Shown one piece after another: positions 9,683 through 20,088 of a stretch of DNA of 64,000 nt. The notes under the pieces were generated by a model. That model was not told the origin of the DNA and ran no database searches. It saw nothing but the letters and a program-made list of their open reading frames with translations. The stretch lies in IMG/VR virus record IMGVR_UViG_3300032092_000004, positions 64,001 through 128,000 of that record. The stretch is one strand, 5' to 3'. The stretch comes from a virus. Numbering within the stretch: position 1 is the stretch's first letter; each line of letters begins with the position of its first letter. The translations under genes and the position numbers were made by a program.

Positions 9683-9927
9683 TGGCTCTTACATCCTCAG
9701 ATAAAAAAGAAATTGAAGTAATGATTAGAAAAGAGATCAAAGATTTCTTTAATTCTAACACCGCAAAACAATTTGAGGATAAGTTGATTGATAAAATCTC
9801 CAAAGAAATGCAAAAGGGAGGTCTTAAAAAAGACGTTAAAGAAATCGTCATAAAATCATTCCAAGAATACTTTCAGACGATGTATCAACAAAGATATTAT
9901 TGGGAGTCAAAATTTAGAAGCATATAA
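9682..9927 (+). CDS. hypothetical protein
   Basis: coupled ORF. Confidence 0.6.
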   Translation: MALTSSDKKEIEVMIRKEIKDFFNSNTAKQFEDKLIDKISKEMQKGGLKKDVKEIVIKSFQEYFQTMYQQRYYWESKFRSI

Positions 9928-10697
9928 TGGAAGATATTTTTAACAAAATAAAAGAAAAAGTTAGTTATGGATTGGCAGATAATGCTGATGCAAAATACGA
10001 TACTTTGAAGGCATTAAATAAAGCCTCATCAGAACTATCAGAAGAAAAACATTTTACTGACTTTCTAAAAGATAAAGAAGATTTAATGAAAGTTTATTTG
10101 TTAGTAAAAAACAAAAAACTATCAAATAATCAAATAAGAAAAAAAATAAAAGAATATTTGAAAGACCCTGAGGAACTTAGAATTTTCCTCCAATCCATTT
10201 TAGACTCTAACAAAACAAAACATAAAGAAGAATCTAAAGAAGCCATGGGTGCGGCTTCGGCTGGTGGATACTCAATGCCATTGTTCTCAACAACTAAAGG
10301 TGATATTGTTAAAGGTGTTAAGACTGTTAGAGAACAAGCCGAATACGACTTAAGTTTTGAGGATGGTGATGGAGAAGTAACAAAAGCTGAAACAAAAGAA
10401 GCGACAAGTTCATCGTCAAGCGGACAATATAACCAACCTTCAATTTGGGCAAAATCCATGAAGAAAAAAGATTTTAGAGGTTACTCCAAATCACAAATTC
10501 CTGGTGGAAAGTTTGTTCAAGTTAAGAAAAAGTGTAAAAAATTCCCTTATTGTAATCAGGGTGATATAAAAGCATTGAAAATATTTGAAAACGAATCAGT
10601 GCAGAATGCAATAGAAAGTGTCTCGAGTAGCTACGGGATTGATAAAAACTATATTTCAGAAATTGTCTTTCAGGAAATCAGACAAAGACAAAAGTGA
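9927..10697 (+). CDS. hypothetical protein, possible head-internal protein
   Basis: two EA(M/T)..S.G.Y motifs; KCKKFPYCNQGD. Confidence 0.55.
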   Translation: MEDIFNKIKEKVSYGLADNADAKYDTLKALNKASSELSEEKHFTDFLKDKEDLMKVYLLVKNKKLSNNQIRKKIKEYLKDPEELRIFLQSILDSNKTKHKEESKEAMGAASAGGYSMPLFSTTKGDIVKGVKTVREQAEYDLSFEDGDGEVTKAETKEATSSSSSGQYNQPSIWAKSMKKKDFRGYSKSQIPGGKFVQVKKKCKKFPYCNQGDIKALKIFENESVQNAIESVSSSYGIDKNYISEIVFQEIRQRQK

Positions 10698-10721
10698 AGA
10701 TATTTATAAAGAAAAATAATT

Positions 10722-12179
10722 ATGAACACAAGACAGTATATCAACTCAAGATTTGAAAAAATTATATCAGAAAATATTAATGAGAAGGCCGACGCTATCT
10801 TACAAAGATTGAATTACGATGAGGAAGCACCATTCAACCCTGCCGGTGAAGCGTTTGACTATGTACAGGAAGGCATGAAAGAAACTTGTGAACAATGTGG
10901 AACAGAAATGACTGAAGGTGAATGTTCAGAATGTGGTTACAAAAATGAAGAAATTATGGAACTTGGTGGTATGGATGACGGACACCCAAAATATGGAAAA
11001 ATGAATTTTTCTAAATTATCAAGAAAAGAAATCGAAAAAATCATGAAAGATATGGGAAATATGGAAGATGATGAGGAAGAAGATTTTATTGAATATGGTG
11101 ATGACGATGACGATGAGTGGGAAGAAGTTGATTTAGATACTGAAACTGATTGGGATCAATTAGAAGAAGATGAGTGTACTGAATGTGGTGATATGTATGA
11201 AATTGAACTTGATGAAAAATTATACGGAAACCAAACAAAACTTGACAAGAACAAAAATGGCAGAATAGACAAAGAGGACTTCAAAATTTTGAGAAAACAA
11301 CAGGATGAAGAAGAAACTCTTTATGAAGTAGAATTTGAAAAGCGTGAATACAATGAAGGTAGTAAACCTGACTTTTTGGATTTAGACAATGACGGTAATA
11401 AAAAAGAATCTATGAAGTCTGCGGCTAAAAGTAAAAAAATGAAAAGAAAAGTTACTGAGTCTTTGATTTTTACCGAAAATGAGTTGATCAGTATGATTGA
11501 AAAAATGGTCAACGAAGAAAAGAAATTTAAAATAGATGAACCTAAAGGTTATAGAGAATATGAAAAGGCTCATAAAGCTGATAAGAAAGAAAATGATGCT
11601 TATTTAAAAATGGTCGCTAAAAAAATGACTGATTATTTGAAAGGAGCATCTGACAAAGAGTCTAAATATGAAATGAAAGAGACTCAAAAATTCCCAACTG
11701 AAAATGGTGGTAAAAGAAAAAAATACACACCATCTGAGGCTGTTGATGATTATATCGATGCATTTTCTTACCCTGGTCAAACTAATTTAGTTTATGATGA
11801 GATTAAACCAAATGATGAAAGAATTGAAAAATATTTAAAAGGTGACAGTACTACAGGAAATGCACAAGTTGATAAAGACGGAAAAGCTTTAGGTAATGTT
11901 GTACCAAGTAATGTTGGAGATAAGTTCTTTAAAAATTATAAAGACAATTTATACGGTCAAGAACAACAAAATGCTTCTTATAAAAGACAACCACAACCTG
12001 TTGATCAAGCTGGTGAAGAAACTGAAAGAGGTTCTTTAAAATCAAAAAGAGGTAAAAAGACATCACAAAGTGTTTTGAATAAAGTTGAGGAATCTGTTAA
12101 TCAAAAAGAAAAACAAAAATTAACAGAAGAATTTGAAAGAATTCAAAATCTAATGGGTTATAACCAAAAGACTCAATAA
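10722..12179 (+). CDS. acidic putative prohead core/scaffold-like protein
   Basis: CxxCG knuckles, EF-hand-like LDKNKNGRIDKEDF and DLDNDGN, LIFTENEL and LTEEFERIQNLMGY motifs; TATTTATA upstream. Confidence 0.5.
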   Translation: MNTRQYINSRFEKIISENINEKADAILQRLNYDEEAPFNPAGEAFDYVQEGMKETCEQCGTEMTEGECSECGYKNEEIMELGGMDDGHPKYGKMNFSKLSRKEIEKIMKDMGNMEDDEEEDFIEYGDDDDDEWEEVDLDTETDWDQLEEDECTECGDMYEIELDEKLYGNQTKLDKNKNGRIDKEDFKILRKQQDEEETLYEVEFEKREYNEGSKPDFLDLDNDGNKKESMKSAAKSKKMKRKVTESLIFTENELISMIEKMVNEEKKFKIDEPKGYREYEKAHKADKKENDAYLKMVAKKMTDYLKGASDKESKYEMKETQKFPTENGGKRKKYTPSEAVDDYIDAFSYPGQTNLVYDEIKPNDERIEKYLKGDSTTGNAQVDKDGKALGNVVPSNVGDKFFKNYKDNLYGQEQQNASYKRQPQPVDQAGEETERGSLKSKRGKKTSQSVLNKVEESVNQKEKQKLTEEFERIQNLMGYNQKTQ

Positions 12180-12226
12180 TTTACATTACTAAGTATTATC
12201 CTATAATTTTTTCATAGTTTTTTACT

Positions 12227-12694
12227 ATGGATAATTTTCTTAATTACATTACAAAAAATCTTGACCCTGAAGAGGTGGACATCTGGTTCAGGGTCAATAA
12301 TATAATTCCTGAAAAAATGGAATTGTATTATGACTTGTCTTATAGTCTATTCTTATTAATTAAAACCACATATCTTGGAGATGAATCTGAGGTTGGAGAA
12401 ACAACTGTAAAGATGAATGATACCGATAATGAAAAACATTTCAATTGGTGTTGGAAAAGAGTCATTGATAATTTTGAAAGGGAGAGCATTTCTTTCGACA
12501 TTGAAGGAGATCATTATGAGTACTTTTTTACCCTGTTCAATGAGATATATTATAGACAAAGTAAGGAAGTGATAAAAAATTCAATAGATGTATTCTTCAA
12601 CGATTTATTCAATAGAGAAAAGGCATTCACGCAAGTTGATCTTGATTTAATCTTCAATATATACAAAACACTTGATAAAAATCTTAAGGTTTAA
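12227..12694 (+). CDS. hypothetical protein
   Basis: 155-aa ORF. Confidence 0.6.
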   Translation: MDNFLNYITKNLDPEEVDIWFRVNNIIPEKMELYYDLSYSLFLLIKTTYLGDESEVGETTVKMNDTDNEKHFNWCWKRVIDNFERESISFDIEGDHYEYFFTLFNEIYYRQSKEVIKNSIDVFFNDLFNREKAFTQVDLDLIFNIYKTLDKNLKV

Positions 12695-12757
12695 ACTTTA
12701 CAATAGTTTATTTAGAACCTAATTTATGTGTAATAAACAATAATTTTTTAATTTTAA

Positions 12758-12928
12758 ATGGAAACTTTAGAAAAAATTAAAGAGCTTACTGAGCAACTTA
12801 GTGTTGACGTTAACAAATTCTTTGGCGGAAACAAAAGTGCTGGTACAAGAGCTAGAAAAACCTCACAAGATTTAAAAGCACTTTTACAACAATTAAGAGG
12901 TGAAATTTTAGAGGAGAAAAAAAAGTAA
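12758..12928 (+). CDS. histone H1-like protein Hc1 family (not in ORF track)
   Basis: manual translation METLEKIKELTEQLSVDVNKFFGGNKSAGTRARKTSQDLK...; GNKxAGTRARK signature. Confidence 0.8.
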   Translation: METLEKIKELTEQLSVDVNKFFGGNKSAGTRARKTSQDLKALLQQLRGEILEEKKK

Positions 12929-12929
12929 T

Positions 12930-13124
12930 ATGAGGGAATTGGATATTTTGTTTCTTTTTGTTTTTGTTTTATCAATAATATTTGTAGTCAATCAAATATT
13001 TAAGATTTCTGCGGAAATATTAAGTGAAAATCCTCAGAAGATAGTTTATAGAGGATTTGAAAAAATATCCAATTACTTCTTTGCATCCTACTTAATAACT
13101 TATATTTTAATCAAATTTTTTTAA
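12930..13124 (+). CDS. small membrane protein
   Basis: two hydrophobic segments. Confidence 0.55.
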   Translation: MRELDILFLFVFVLSIIFVVNQIFKISAEILSENPQKIVYRGFEKISNYFFASYLITYILIKFF

Positions 13125-13127
13125 AAA

Positions 13128-13556
13128 ATGTATAACGAATTAAAAGACATATTTCAATTTTTAGTGTCAGTTAGAAAATTGAAAACATACTTGACAATAG
13201 ATATTGAATTTCCGGTTAATTGGAAAATACCTAAAAAATATGTAATAGAAGATAAGATTGTTGAGAATGAAAAATTAAATGAAAATTTTAGATTTTTCTC
13301 GTTTGTTACTGAATTTAACGAAGTAGAAATGAATCAAACAGTTTCTAACATAAAGAAAATAATTTCTTATAATAAAGAAATCGAAATGAAAGAAAAACTG
13401 TTGAAACAAAAAATAGATGAGTTAAAACGAATTTTTGAGAAAGAAAACTTAGACAATTTACAGTCATTAAAATTTGATATTTTAGAAGAAAAATTAGATG
13501 ATGGAGAAGAAATCGTTGACACGAGAGGAACAAATGGTGGATTGGTTGAACAATGA
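13128..13556 (+). CDS. hypothetical protein
   Basis: ORF. Confidence 0.6.
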   Translation: MYNELKDIFQFLVSVRKLKTYLTIDIEFPVNWKIPKKYVIEDKIVENEKLNENFRFFSFVTEFNEVEMNQTVSNIKKIISYNKEIEMKEKLLKQKIDELKRIFEKENLDNLQSLKFDILEEKLDDGEEIVDTRGTNGGLVEQ

Positions 13557-13698
13557 AATTGAAAAAGACAAGATCGAATTAGATAAAGAAAAAAAAGATT
13601 TAATAAATTCATTGAAATCAATTAAAAAAGAAGAAGTTTTACCAAAACAAGAAAAACTTAGTTTATGGAAGAAAATAAAGAAAGTGTTATTGGGGTAA
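13498..13698 (+). CDS. hypothetical protein
   Basis: ORF. Confidence 0.5.
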   Translation: MMEKKSLTREEQMVDWLNNEIEKDKIELDKEKKDLINSLKSIKKEEVLPKQEKLSLWKKIKKVLLG

Positions 13699-13982
13699 TA
13701 GAAAAATTGGCATTAGTTACTGATGGACTACAAAATATTTTTCCTGACGGTAAAATCATTTGTGTTTATGAATTAAATGATGATGACTTCACACAAGTAC
13801 AAGAAAATTTTCGTAAAATAGATCACACACACAAAAGATTTTCAATTGATATTTCAGGAATTGAACACGTATTTATTCATGAAAATTTTGAAAGATCTGA
13901 AAATAAAAAAGAAGTCAAAATAGAAGAACCAAAAAAACAAAGTTTGATCAGAAAAATACTATCTAGTTTTAAAGGTAGTTGA
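13665..13982 (+). CDS. hypothetical protein
   Basis: ORF. Confidence 0.5.
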   Translation: MEENKESVIGVIEKLALVTDGLQNIFPDGKIICVYELNDDDFTQVQENFRKIDHTHKRFSIDISGIEHVFIHENFERSENKKEVKIEEPKKQSLIRKILSSFKGS

Positions 13983-14597
13983 TCTTCTATATAGAGATTG
14001 TTTACTAATACCTTTTTCAGATAAAATATCATACAAGTATTTCTTTTGAGCTTTAGAGGATTCAGAAACTATTATACAATCAATTCTTTCTTGAGAAATT
14101 AAAAATTCATTAAGACTATCCAAAAATCTTTTGGATTCGTTTTCATCCTTTAAAGAAAACAACTTAACGTCATTATCATTTTGTAAAACAACCTTATTAT
14201 TTAATCTTGAAATTAACTTTATTGAATTTTTTGGTAAGTAGTTTTCGATAAAAACCTCCATAGTTATTTTTGTCTTTTTATCAACATCGTAGATTTTTTC
14301 AGGTATTTTGTATTTTACGACTTTAACAATTTTATAATCAGGATCATCTAAGTCCACCAAAACCTGTCTACCCATCTCATCCCTAACAAACATCTTATCA
14401 AAAATATTATTTTTCTTTTCAAGGATAGATAATTCATAATCACAAGGTTTTGCATTCTCAACTTTAGTTTCAAAAATGACAGATCTATTTTCATCAATTA
14501 GTCTATCAAAGAAAAGATTGGCCCTTTCTTTAGTTTTAAATTTGTTGATTATTTTTTTTCTTTCTTTATTTTTAAAGATAACAACTAAGTAGTTCAT
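13959..14597 (-). CDS. hypothetical protein
   Basis: 212-aa ORF, divergent from dnaJ. Confidence 0.65.
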   Translation of the reverse strand: MNYLVVIFKNKERKKIINKFKTKERANLFFDRLIDENRSVIFETKVENAKPCDYELSILEKKNNIFDKMFVRDEMGRQVLVDLDDPDYKIVKVVKYKIPEKIYDVDKKTKITMEVFIENYLPKNSIKLISRLNNKVVLQNDNDVKLFSLKDENESKRFLDSLNEFLISQERIDCIIVSESSKAQKKYLYDILSEKGISKQSLYRRSTTFKTR

Positions 14598-14626
14598 AAA
14601 TTAATAATAATATTTTCTTTTTATAA

Positions 14627-15544
14627 ATGAATAATGAAAATTTTTACCAAGTTCTAGGAGTCCAAGAAAATGCGACTCAAGATGAAATAAAGAAGTCATA
14701 CCGTAATTTGGCGAAAAAGAATCACCCAGATGCAGGAGGTGATGAAGACAAGTTTAAAAAGATTTCGGTTGCTTACGATGTTTTGAGCGATGAATCCAAA
14801 AGAAGAGAATACGATGCTAAGAGAAGAAATCCATTTGGTAATCATGATAACTATGAAGATATGTTCTCTAACATGTTTGGTGCTAGAAAAACAAGACAAA
14901 CTGTTCATACCACAAATATCACAGTAAATGTTGGTGTTTTAGATTCATACAGAGCAAGTAAACATTCTCTATCGTATAGAAGACAAACAATGTGCGAACC
15001 ATGTTCAGGTACTGGAGGTGATAAAAAAACTTGTGTGACTTGTAATGGATCAGGTGTTGTAGTTAGACAAGTTGGGTCAGGATTTTTCGTACAAGTAGTA
15101 CAGATGGCTTGTGATGGATGTGGTGGAACTGGAAGTATAACCATTAACCCATGTTTTATGTGTAGTGGAAGTGGGTCAAAACCTGAAATAAAAAACTTGG
15201 ATATATCTTTACCCCATGGGATAGATAATGGTCAGTTTTTAAGATTACAAGGAATGGGAGATTTCAAAAACGGAAACTATGGTGATTTAGTTGTTAGAAT
15301 TGATTTGAAACCACAAGATGGATTTGATAAAATAGGTAACCACTTGGTTTATAATGTTTATATGAATCTTGATGAACTTAAACAAGGAAGTTTTAATGTA
15401 CCACATCCTGATGGTATGTTGAATGTTAAAATGCCAAAGAAAGTGGACACATCATTACCATTAAGAGTAAAATCAAAAGGATTTAGATTGGATACTGTTG
15501 GTGATTTGATGATCAACCAATACGTAAGATTTGATAGGGATTAG
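14627..15544 (+). CDS. dnaJ: DnaJ chaperone
   Basis: J domain with HPD, four CxxCxGxG repeats, C-terminal domain. Confidence 0.92.
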   Translation: MNNENFYQVLGVQENATQDEIKKSYRNLAKKNHPDAGGDEDKFKKISVAYDVLSDESKRREYDAKRRNPFGNHDNYEDMFSNMFGARKTRQTVHTTNITVNVGVLDSYRASKHSLSYRRQTMCEPCSGTGGDKKTCVTCNGSGVVVRQVGSGFFVQVVQMACDGCGGTGSITINPCFMCSGSGSKPEIKNLDISLPHGIDNGQFLRLQGMGDFKNGNYGDLVVRIDLKPQDGFDKIGNHLVYNVYMNLDELKQGSFNVPHPDGMLNVKMPKKVDTSLPLRVKSKGFRLDTVGDLMINQYVRFDRD

Positions 15545-15702
15545 AATAAAGATACGATGTCTTTAATAAACGATACAATACCGTAGATACCAAAAAAGAA
15601 AAATATCCCACCACCAATTAAAACGAATCTTTGGGTGTTCTGTACTTGTTTACTTTCTTCACAAGTTTTACATTTTACTTCTGTTGCTTTTTCCTTTTCC
15701 AT
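15541..15702 (-). CDS. small CxxC and TM protein (not in ORF track)
   Basis: [16 protein letters not shown]...[22 protein letters not shown]. Confidence 0.55.
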   Translation of the reverse strand: MEKEKATEVKCKTCEESKQVQNTQRFVLIGGGIFFFFGIYGIVSFIKDIVSLF

Positions 15703-15710
15703 ATAATAAA

Positions 15711-16223
15711 TTATAATACAATGGTTTTAATATGAAAATAGTTTTCCAACATTACTTTCTTCTGTTGGGGTTTGTTTTTGTTGAAGAATCTAAGATAATT
15801 ACCATCTAATGAATAAGTACTAGTCGGAACTACGTAAAGATTATCTCTACGAGTGGATTTCTCAAGTATAAATTCTATATAATCAAATACCTCTTCGTCG
15901 AAATTATCTTCATCTCTGAAGACAAACTTCAAACGATCACCTTGTGGATACCCTTCAAAAGAATTTAAGATTTTTCTATATTTTAACTCTATAACTTGTG
16001 ATAAAATGTTGTTTGGGACAGCAACTCTTTCGTGTGTTAAAGTGTCAGAATCAATTGAGTCTAAAATCGCACTTCGTATGAAATTAAAATTTCTGTTACC
16101 CATTCTATCAATTGTTTGATGAGTTGAAGCATAAAATGAATCACCTTCAGGACTGATAAATAATAAATCCTCCATATCGGCTTGCTCAACTATAATTGAT
16201 CTTAAAATTTGAAACATTTTCAT
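15711..16223 (-). CDS. hypothetical protein with leader-like N-terminus
   Basis: start MKMFQILRSIIVEQ just after a TATTTATT motif. Confidence 0.6.
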   Translation of the reverse strand: MKMFQILRSIIVEQADMEDLLFISPEGDSFYASTHQTIDRMGNRNFNFIRSAILDSIDSDTLTHERVAVPNNILSQVIELKYRKILNSFEGYPQGDRLKFVFRDEDNFDEEVFDYIEFILEKSTRRDNLYVVPTSTYSLDGNYLRFFNKNKPQQKKVMLENYFHIKTIVL

Positions 16224-16291
16224 ATTAGAATAAATAGTTGTAAAATGAAAATACAATTGATTAGTCGTCTTGTTTTTACTATCTTTATTAC

Positions 16292-17131
16292 ATGTTAAGT
16301 TATATTGGTGGAAAAAGTAAAATTGGTAAATGGATTGTTCCATTCTACGATAAAGATATGGAGGTTTATGTAGAAACTTTTGGCGGAATGTTTTGGTGTT
16401 TTTTTAATATGGACCTGAAACAGTTCCCAAACCTTAAAAAAGTCGTTTATAATGACTTTAACCCGCTGAACTACAACCTCTTCAAATGCGTTCAAAACCC
16501 AACTGAACTATTGAAAGCGATAAACGCAATTGATTGTCAAAAGTTGGGTGAGGAACCAACCCCACCAATATATAAAGAACAATTTGTAAGCTTTCAGGCT
16601 GAATTATTTGGTGAAAATTTCAGCGTAGAACCTGGCAATTATGAAGTTGCCGCTAAATATGTGTACATTCTAACACAAGTCTTTAGTGGGTCAAAACCTG
16701 AAACATCAAACTTTATTGATCTTAAAGGAAAGTATAAATCAAAATATCTTACCTTTAGAGATAAGTTATCAAAACCTGATTGGATTGATCATTTCCTTAA
16801 AATTACAGAAGTAGAGAACATGGACTTTGCGGATGTAATTGAGAAATACGACTCACCGTCTACTTACATATATTTAGACCCACCATACTGGAAAACAGAG
16901 AATTACTACTCCAACCACGACTTTGATCGTCAAGATCATGAACGTTTGGCTAATGTACTACATGGAGTTCAAGGTAAATTTTCTTTATCTTACTATGACT
17001 TTGAATTACTTCACGAATGGTTCCCCGAAGACCAATACACTTGGGTTAGAAAAGAGTTCGCCAAAGCGGCTTCGGCTAAGAAAGGGGAGAAACAAAATAT
17101 GGGGGAAGAATTATTGATAATGAATTATTAA
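16292..17131 (+). CDS. DNA adenine methyltransferase (Dam/D12 class)
   Basis: YIGGKS, ETFGG, VYND, catalytic DPPY. Confidence 0.88.
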   Translation: MLSYIGGKSKIGKWIVPFYDKDMEVYVETFGGMFWCFFNMDLKQFPNLKKVVYNDFNPLNYNLFKCVQNPTELLKAINAIDCQKLGEEPTPPIYKEQFVSFQAELFGENFSVEPGNYEVAAKYVYILTQVFSGSKPETSNFIDLKGKYKSKYLTFRDKLSKPDWIDHFLKITEVENMDFADVIEKYDSPSTYIYLDPPYWKTENYYSNHDFDRQDHERLANVLHGVQGKFSLSYYDFELLHEWFPEDQYTWVRKEFAKAASAKKGEKQNMGEELLIMNY

Positions 17132-17171
17132 TTTTTTACAGTTTACAAATATTTATTAAATAAAAAATATT

Positions 17172-18554
17172 ATGTCACTTAGGTTCACCAATCTATTAAG
17201 AGATCTTATTGTTGAAAGTTCAAGATTTCAAGTATTATTCGATAAGTTCGTAAAACCAAAAGAAAGAGGTCAAAGAGGTATTATGCCTTTTGAAACTTTA
17301 TTCGCACTAATCGCCGCAGATCCAACTACAAAGGTCCCTGAAGGTATGGACATTGATAATGTTAAACCTGAACAGATGGAGAAGGTTAAAATTGGAAAAT
17401 ATGCTCAGTGGTTATTAAAAAACTTTACCACACCTAGATTGGAACCAAACCATCCTTTGATGGTATTAGACCCACAATCAAGTCAATATAAATCAGCTTT
17501 AACGCAATTCCAAGATCTTTTCATGGAAGACTTATATAAGGTAACAACAAACCTCCAAAAATACGAAAGATTTAAAAATAGATTATCTCAAGAATATAGA
17601 GATATTAACAAACTAACTCCTGAGACTCTTTATGATCAAGTTAAAGATTTTAGTTTAGAAAAAACTAAAGCAACAGCTGCTGAGAAAAAAGAAGCATCTC
17701 AGACATTCGCTCACCCTGGTGCTGATATCGTCTATAGAGGTCAAGATTGGACAGTTGCCAAAATATCAGACAAAGGTCCATTAGGTAAAGAAGCGGCATG
17801 TTTCTATGGTGGATCTCATAATGAGGCAAGACGAGGTGAAACTAACTGGTGTACATCATCACCTGGACTTTCTTGGTTTGATCGTTATATCGGTAAAGGA
17901 CCGTTATATGTTGTGATCCCAAATAAACCATCATCGTTTAAATCTTACGGAAAAGAAACGGGTGAAGTTTCAGGATTACCAGCAAACAGATACCAATTCC
18001 ACTTCCCTGATAACCAATTCATGGATGCGGATGACAGACAAATCAATTTGATTGAATTCTTAAATACAAATGAAGAAGGGCTAAAACAATTCTTCAAACC
18101 TGAGTTTATGAAGTCATTAGCTGGAGATAAAGGTGAAAAAGTCGTGATTGATTATCCAGGTGATTCGGCATCAAAATTCATTGCACTTTATGGTTTTGAC
18201 GAATTCTTTGCCACTCTTCCTCAGTCATTGAAAAGACTTACATTCAAAAACACATCAAGAGACAAAATATCATTAAATATTCCAAACGACATTGGAAGAT
18301 TCAAACAGTTAAACGCAATCAACTTTGTTGGGTGTGTTGCAACTATACCTGAAGCAATTTGTCAATTACAAAATTTACAATATTTATCTTTAGTTAATAA
18401 CCCAGACCTTCAAAGATTACCCGAATGTGTTGGGGATATGCAAAACCTTATGGTACTAAACCTTGGAGGATCCGATCCTAAGAAAGTTCTACCTGAATCT
18501 GTATTCAGAAGAGCTGAAACAGACGAAGACTTCAACTTATTTACACACTCTTAA
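17172..18554 (+). CDS. protein with WCT-motif domain and C-terminal leucine-rich repeats
   Basis: TNWCTS, PLYVV, RYQFHF; IPEAICQLQNLQYLSL and LPECVGDMQNLMVLNL. Confidence 0.7.
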   Translation: MSLRFTNLLRDLIVESSRFQVLFDKFVKPKERGQRGIMPFETLFALIAADPTTKVPEGMDIDNVKPEQMEKVKIGKYAQWLLKNFTTPRLEPNHPLMVLDPQSSQYKSALTQFQDLFMEDLYKVTTNLQKYERFKNRLSQEYRDINKLTPETLYDQVKDFSLEKTKATAAEKKEASQTFAHPGADIVYRGQDWTVAKISDKGPLGKEAACFYGGSHNEARRGETNWCTSSPGLSWFDRYIGKGPLYVVIPNKPSSFKSYGKETGEVSGLPANRYQFHFPDNQFMDADDRQINLIEFLNTNEEGLKQFFKPEFMKSLAGDKGEKVVIDYPGDSASKFIALYGFDEFFATLPQSLKRLTFKNTSRDKISLNIPNDIGRFKQLNAINFVGCVATIPEAICQLQNLQYLSLVNNPDLQRLPECVGDMQNLMVLNLGGSDPKKVLPESVFRRAETDEDFNLFTHS

Positions 18555-18556
18555 AA

Positions 18557-19231
18557 ATGAATAGAAGATTAATAATTAATGAAGAAGAAAAAAGAAGAAT
18601 TTTAAATCTTCATGAAAGTAGAAGATCTAAAGAATTAGGTTTTTTATTTGAAGCCGATAATGATCAAGTAGACGGTGTTTACAACAATGACAAAGATTAC
18701 GACTACAAAAAAGAAGGAGACAATTACTTCTTCAAATTGAAGGAAACCCCTGCCAGTCCTAAGGCTCAGGCATATAAAAAACAAGGGAAATTTGCAGATT
18801 GGACAGCAGCGACAGGGGATGCAAAAGATGCTATCGCAAAATTACCATTCTTAGCCAATTTAACCGCATTCCAAGGGCCAGGTGATGTTGACGGAAGTGA
18901 TGAGGCGTTTGGCGAACCACAAACCGCACCTACAACATCTGCAAATACCGCATCAGTCACAACATCGGCAGCAACACCTACCGCTTCAACAACACCCGCA
19001 GCTTCAACAACACCAACAACTACGTCAAAAAACCCTGATGTTTTAGCAGACTTAAAAACAGCATCACAAATCAGACAAGAATTTAGACAAGGTAAAAGAG
19101 ATAAAAACAAAGCGACAAGACAATACAATCAAATGGTTAATAAATATAACAAATTAAAAAGTAAAATGAGTCCACAAGATAATTCTGCTTATCTACAAGC
19201 AATTAACCAATTAAAACAACAAATTGGATAA
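18557..19231 (+). CDS. leader-bearing protein with Thr/Ala/Pro linker
   Basis: INEEEKRRILNLHE leader; YDYKKEGDNYF domain. Confidence 0.65.
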   Translation: MNRRLIINEEEKRRILNLHESRRSKELGFLFEADNDQVDGVYNNDKDYDYKKEGDNYFFKLKETPASPKAQAYKKQGKFADWTAATGDAKDAIAKLPFLANLTAFQGPGDVDGSDEAFGEPQTAPTTSANTASVTTSAATPTASTTPAASTTPTTTSKNPDVLADLKTASQIRQEFRQGKRDKNKATRQYNQMVNKYNKLKSKMSPQDNSAYLQAINQLKQQIG

Positions 19232-19251
19232 TAAATAAATAACACTATTTC

Positions 19252-19283
19252 AAACCCCCCCTTCTTTTGATCGGGGGTTTTTT
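19252..19283 (+). terminator. intrinsic terminator
   Basis: AAACCCCC..GGGGGTTT followed by T run. Confidence 0.65.
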
Positions 19284-19306
19284 ATTTTACAAAGTATTTA
19301 TCTTAT

Positions 19307-19681
19307 ATGAAAATCATCATAACCGAAGAACAATATAATCTAATTCAAGAAGAATATAGAAGGGATCGTTTCGATGCTGAGTATGCAGATGAATATCCTC
19401 AGTATAAGAAGTTGTTTTTAAAGACCATTTCTAAAGATGTTGGAAGTTGGGGTGAAGCACACAACTCAATATATTTAACGGATGAAAAAGGAAATCCTCT
19501 GTTTGTTTATAGAAGACCATATAAAACCCTATACTACGACTACTCAATAGATAGGGATATGGAAGATTATATACCTTCCCATATAATATCAAGACACTTA
19601 AAAAATGCGGTTTATGATTTCTTCAAAGGACTCTTCCCTGATGTTGAAATAAAAGAGGTAAATGGAGCTAATATTGGTTAG
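19307..19681 (+). CDS. leader-bearing hypothetical protein
   Basis: MKIIITEEQYNLIQE. Confidence 0.7.
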   Translation: MKIIITEEQYNLIQEEYRRDRFDAEYADEYPQYKKLFLKTISKDVGSWGEAHNSIYLTDEKGNPLFVYRRPYKTLYYDYSIDRDMEDYIPSHIISRHLKNAVYDFFKGLFPDVEIKEVNGANIG

Positions 19682-19683
19682 TT

Positions 19684-20088
19684 ATGAAAATAATAATATC
19701 TGAACAACAATATAGAATGTTATCTGAGTCAAAATTAGACCGAATGCAAAATCTTATTGACATGGCTTTTGAGGAGGTAAAAGAAAATTGCGAAGGTGGT
19801 TATTACGTAATGGCACACCAAGATTATATATGCGATCCAATAGATATGATTGAAGAAATTAAAGTTGTCGATGTCTCAAAGTCAACATCTATGAATTATT
19901 TTGAAAAAAATAAAATGGAATCAATAAACATTACTATTGATTTTTATATTGATTCAATACGTAAATATAATAATTTAGACAATTTTATTTATGAATTACA
20001 AGAAGAGGCAAGAAATGTAATTGGGGCTAAAGTAATTATTATATCCGTAAGAGATATAATTAATAAAAGAAAAGACTTTAATTTTTGA
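19684..20088 (+). CDS. leader-bearing hypothetical protein
   Basis: MKIIISEQQYRMLSE. Confidence 0.7.
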   Translation: MKIIISEQQYRMLSESKLDRMQNLIDMAFEEVKENCEGGYYVMAHQDYICDPIDMIEEIKVVDVSKSTSMNYFEKNKMESINITIDFYIDSIRKYNNLDNFIYELQEEARNVIGAKVIIISVRDIINKRKDFNF

